Source: Candidatus Saccharimonadota bacterium
Lineage (GTDB): Bacteria; Patescibacteriota; Saccharimonadia; Saccharimonadales; Saccharimonadaceae
Length of the DNA: 64,000 bases
Direction: 5' to 3'
Assembly (NCBI GenBank): GCA_024402895.1
Contig: JAKSSX010000001.1
Location: 22,090-86,089, forward strand
Of the stretch, positions 62,964 through 64,000 are shown in pieces. A program made the position numbers and the translations under genes. The notes beneath the pieces are model-generated. The model saw nothing but the letters and a program-made list of their open reading frames with translations. It was not told the DNA's origin and made no database searches. The number at the start of each line of letters is the position of its first letter. Position 1 is the stretch's first letter.

Positions 62964-63025
62964 TAAAATAGGGTATTAACAGATAGAATCGGGAAATGAG
63001 GGCTAAGATTTCCCTTTGACTTCCC

Positions 63026-63044
63026 TGTTCGGTTTTTGTTCTGG
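63026..63044 (+). repeat. copy 2 of direct repeat TGTTCGGTTTTTGTTC
   Basis: See 62203. Followed by AAAATATTTTTGCGACAAAAATG, which is related to 51065-51083. Confidence 0.85.
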
Positions 63045-63133
63045 CGATTTGAAAATATTTTTGCGACAAAAATGTTCACCATCGTAGAGTCTATGTAAGT
63101 AAGATTGATAAGTGATATAATAGGTATTAGCTT

Positions 63134-64000
63134 TATGAAGAAAAAGTGGTTAAACATCTTAATTATCCTAGCAATCACTGTAGTCTTTTTGTGGTGGTCA
63201 TTAAAGGATAACTTTAATGAGGTAGTTAATACCCTCTTTGCCTCCAATATTGGCTGGATTATTGTTTCCCTGTTGGCTTTCTGTGTTTATATGCTGTTCG
63301 ACACTTTGTCTACTTATGGCATTATTAAGATTTATAAAAAAGATATCAGCTTTAGATTTGCGATTTATCTCGGCCTAATTAATAAGTTCTTCTGCGGTAT
63401 TACGCCATTGTCTAGTGGCGGTCAGCCAATGCAGATTTATGAGCTCAGAAAGAAGGGCGTTCCTGTTTCTACCGGTGCAAATATTGAAGTTCAGGCCTAT
63501 ATGATGTTCCAGATTGCGCTCATGATCACGGCGATAATTAGCGTAATCTTCGATCAGATTTTCCATTTCTTCCAGTTTATTCCAGTCTTGCAGAGCATGA
63601 TGGTAGCTGGTTTTGTTATTAACTTGGTAATCTTGCTAGTCTTACTATTTGTTAGCTTTTCAAAGAACTTTAACCGTGTTGTCGCGCGTGGTATTATCAA
63701 TGCGCTTGCAAAGGTAGGTTTGGTTCGCAATAAGAAGGCTCGTATCGAGAAATGGGAGGCTGCTTGCCAGAATTATTACGAGAATGGACGCGAGCTTCTT
63801 CGCAATAAGAGAGTATTTGCTAAAGGTGTCTGCTATCAGTGTTTAGCGCTCATTACTTATTACCTATTGCCTATCTTTATTGCATTTGCAATTGGCTGTG
63901 CAGATAATCTCGATGTAATTAACGTATTTACTGCTAGCTCATTTGTATATGTTATGGGCTGCTATGTGCCTATTCCTGGCGCTTCTGGCGGCATGGAAGC
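63134..64000 (+). CDS. flippase-like / lysylphosphatidylglycerol-synthase-TM (UPF0104) family membrane protein, 3' end outside window
   Basis: Open frame from ATG 63134 to the window end and absent from the ORF track because it has no stop. GITPLSSGGQPMQIYEL and PIPGASGGME motifs. Confidence 0.8.

Noticed and set aside
62167-63133. Chromosomal oriC
   Set aside because: DnaA-box-like 9-mers are enriched, but no dnaA, dnaN or rpmH is nearby. Genes on both sides are on the same (+) strand, so there is no orientation switch. I kept it only as one hypothesis in the finding, pending GC-skew analysis.
51057-63133. Known structured RNAs (tmRNA, RNase P RNA, SRP/4.5S RNA) in the long spacers at 51.1-51.7, 58.5-58.8 and 62.2-63.1 kb
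   Set aside because: I did not find GAGGAAAGTCCGGGC or ACAGAACCCGGCTTA (RNase P), a tRNA-like GGTTCGA..CCACCA end outside the five tRNAs (tmRNA), or the GGAAGGAAGCAGC-type SRP domain IV motif. This was a search by eye only.
62357-63247. ORFs 62357-62539 (-), 62596-62838 (+), 62631-62831 (-), 62766-62954 (+) and 62816-63247 (-)
   Set aside because: None has an SD-like sequence and they overlap each other. The last runs antisense into the well-supported flippase-like gene start. I treated the region as non-coding.

Overview
Gene-dense chromosomal segment, mostly plus strand, with about 62 CDS, 5 tRNAs and no rRNA, CRISPR array or recognisable transposase/integrase. Housekeeping content: ileS (3' part), rplU, rpmA, glyQS, typA, secG; repair genes mutM, xseAB, recO, xth, uvrC; relA/spoT; glycolysis genes pgi, eno, pyk, pgk; and a minimal division/cell-wall block rsmH-ftsL-ftsI-mraY-ftsW-murG. 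Many proteins are domain-minimised: UvrC is 424 aa, RelA 490 aa, Pgk 359 aa, and the histidine kinase has no sensor. There are also many membrane-anchored proteins with disordered tails. By inference only, this looks like a reduced-genome Gram-positive-type lineage such as Patescibacteria/Saccharibacteria. Items worth a second look: (1) a surface-protein pair with PT/PD linkers, one carrying a Cys-rich stalk and an IPKTG sorting signal, with the only sortase 20 kb away; (2) an asparagine-synthase fused to a CofE-like (gamma-glutamyl-ligase-like) domain, preceded by a degenerate YjeF_C-like gene; (3) a tRNA-bounded 6.7-kb block of orphan genes; (4) two long gene-free regions (51.06-51.71 kb, where mraZ would normally sit, and 62.17-63.13 kb) that share short repeat families, DnaA-box-like 9-mers, a G-quadruplex motif and a candidate sRNA; (5) at least 15 genes whose ATG lies 7-8 nt after a -10 hexamer with no Shine-Dalgarno, suggesting leaderless mRNAs. 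All functional calls come from motif recognition by eye. No database search was run.
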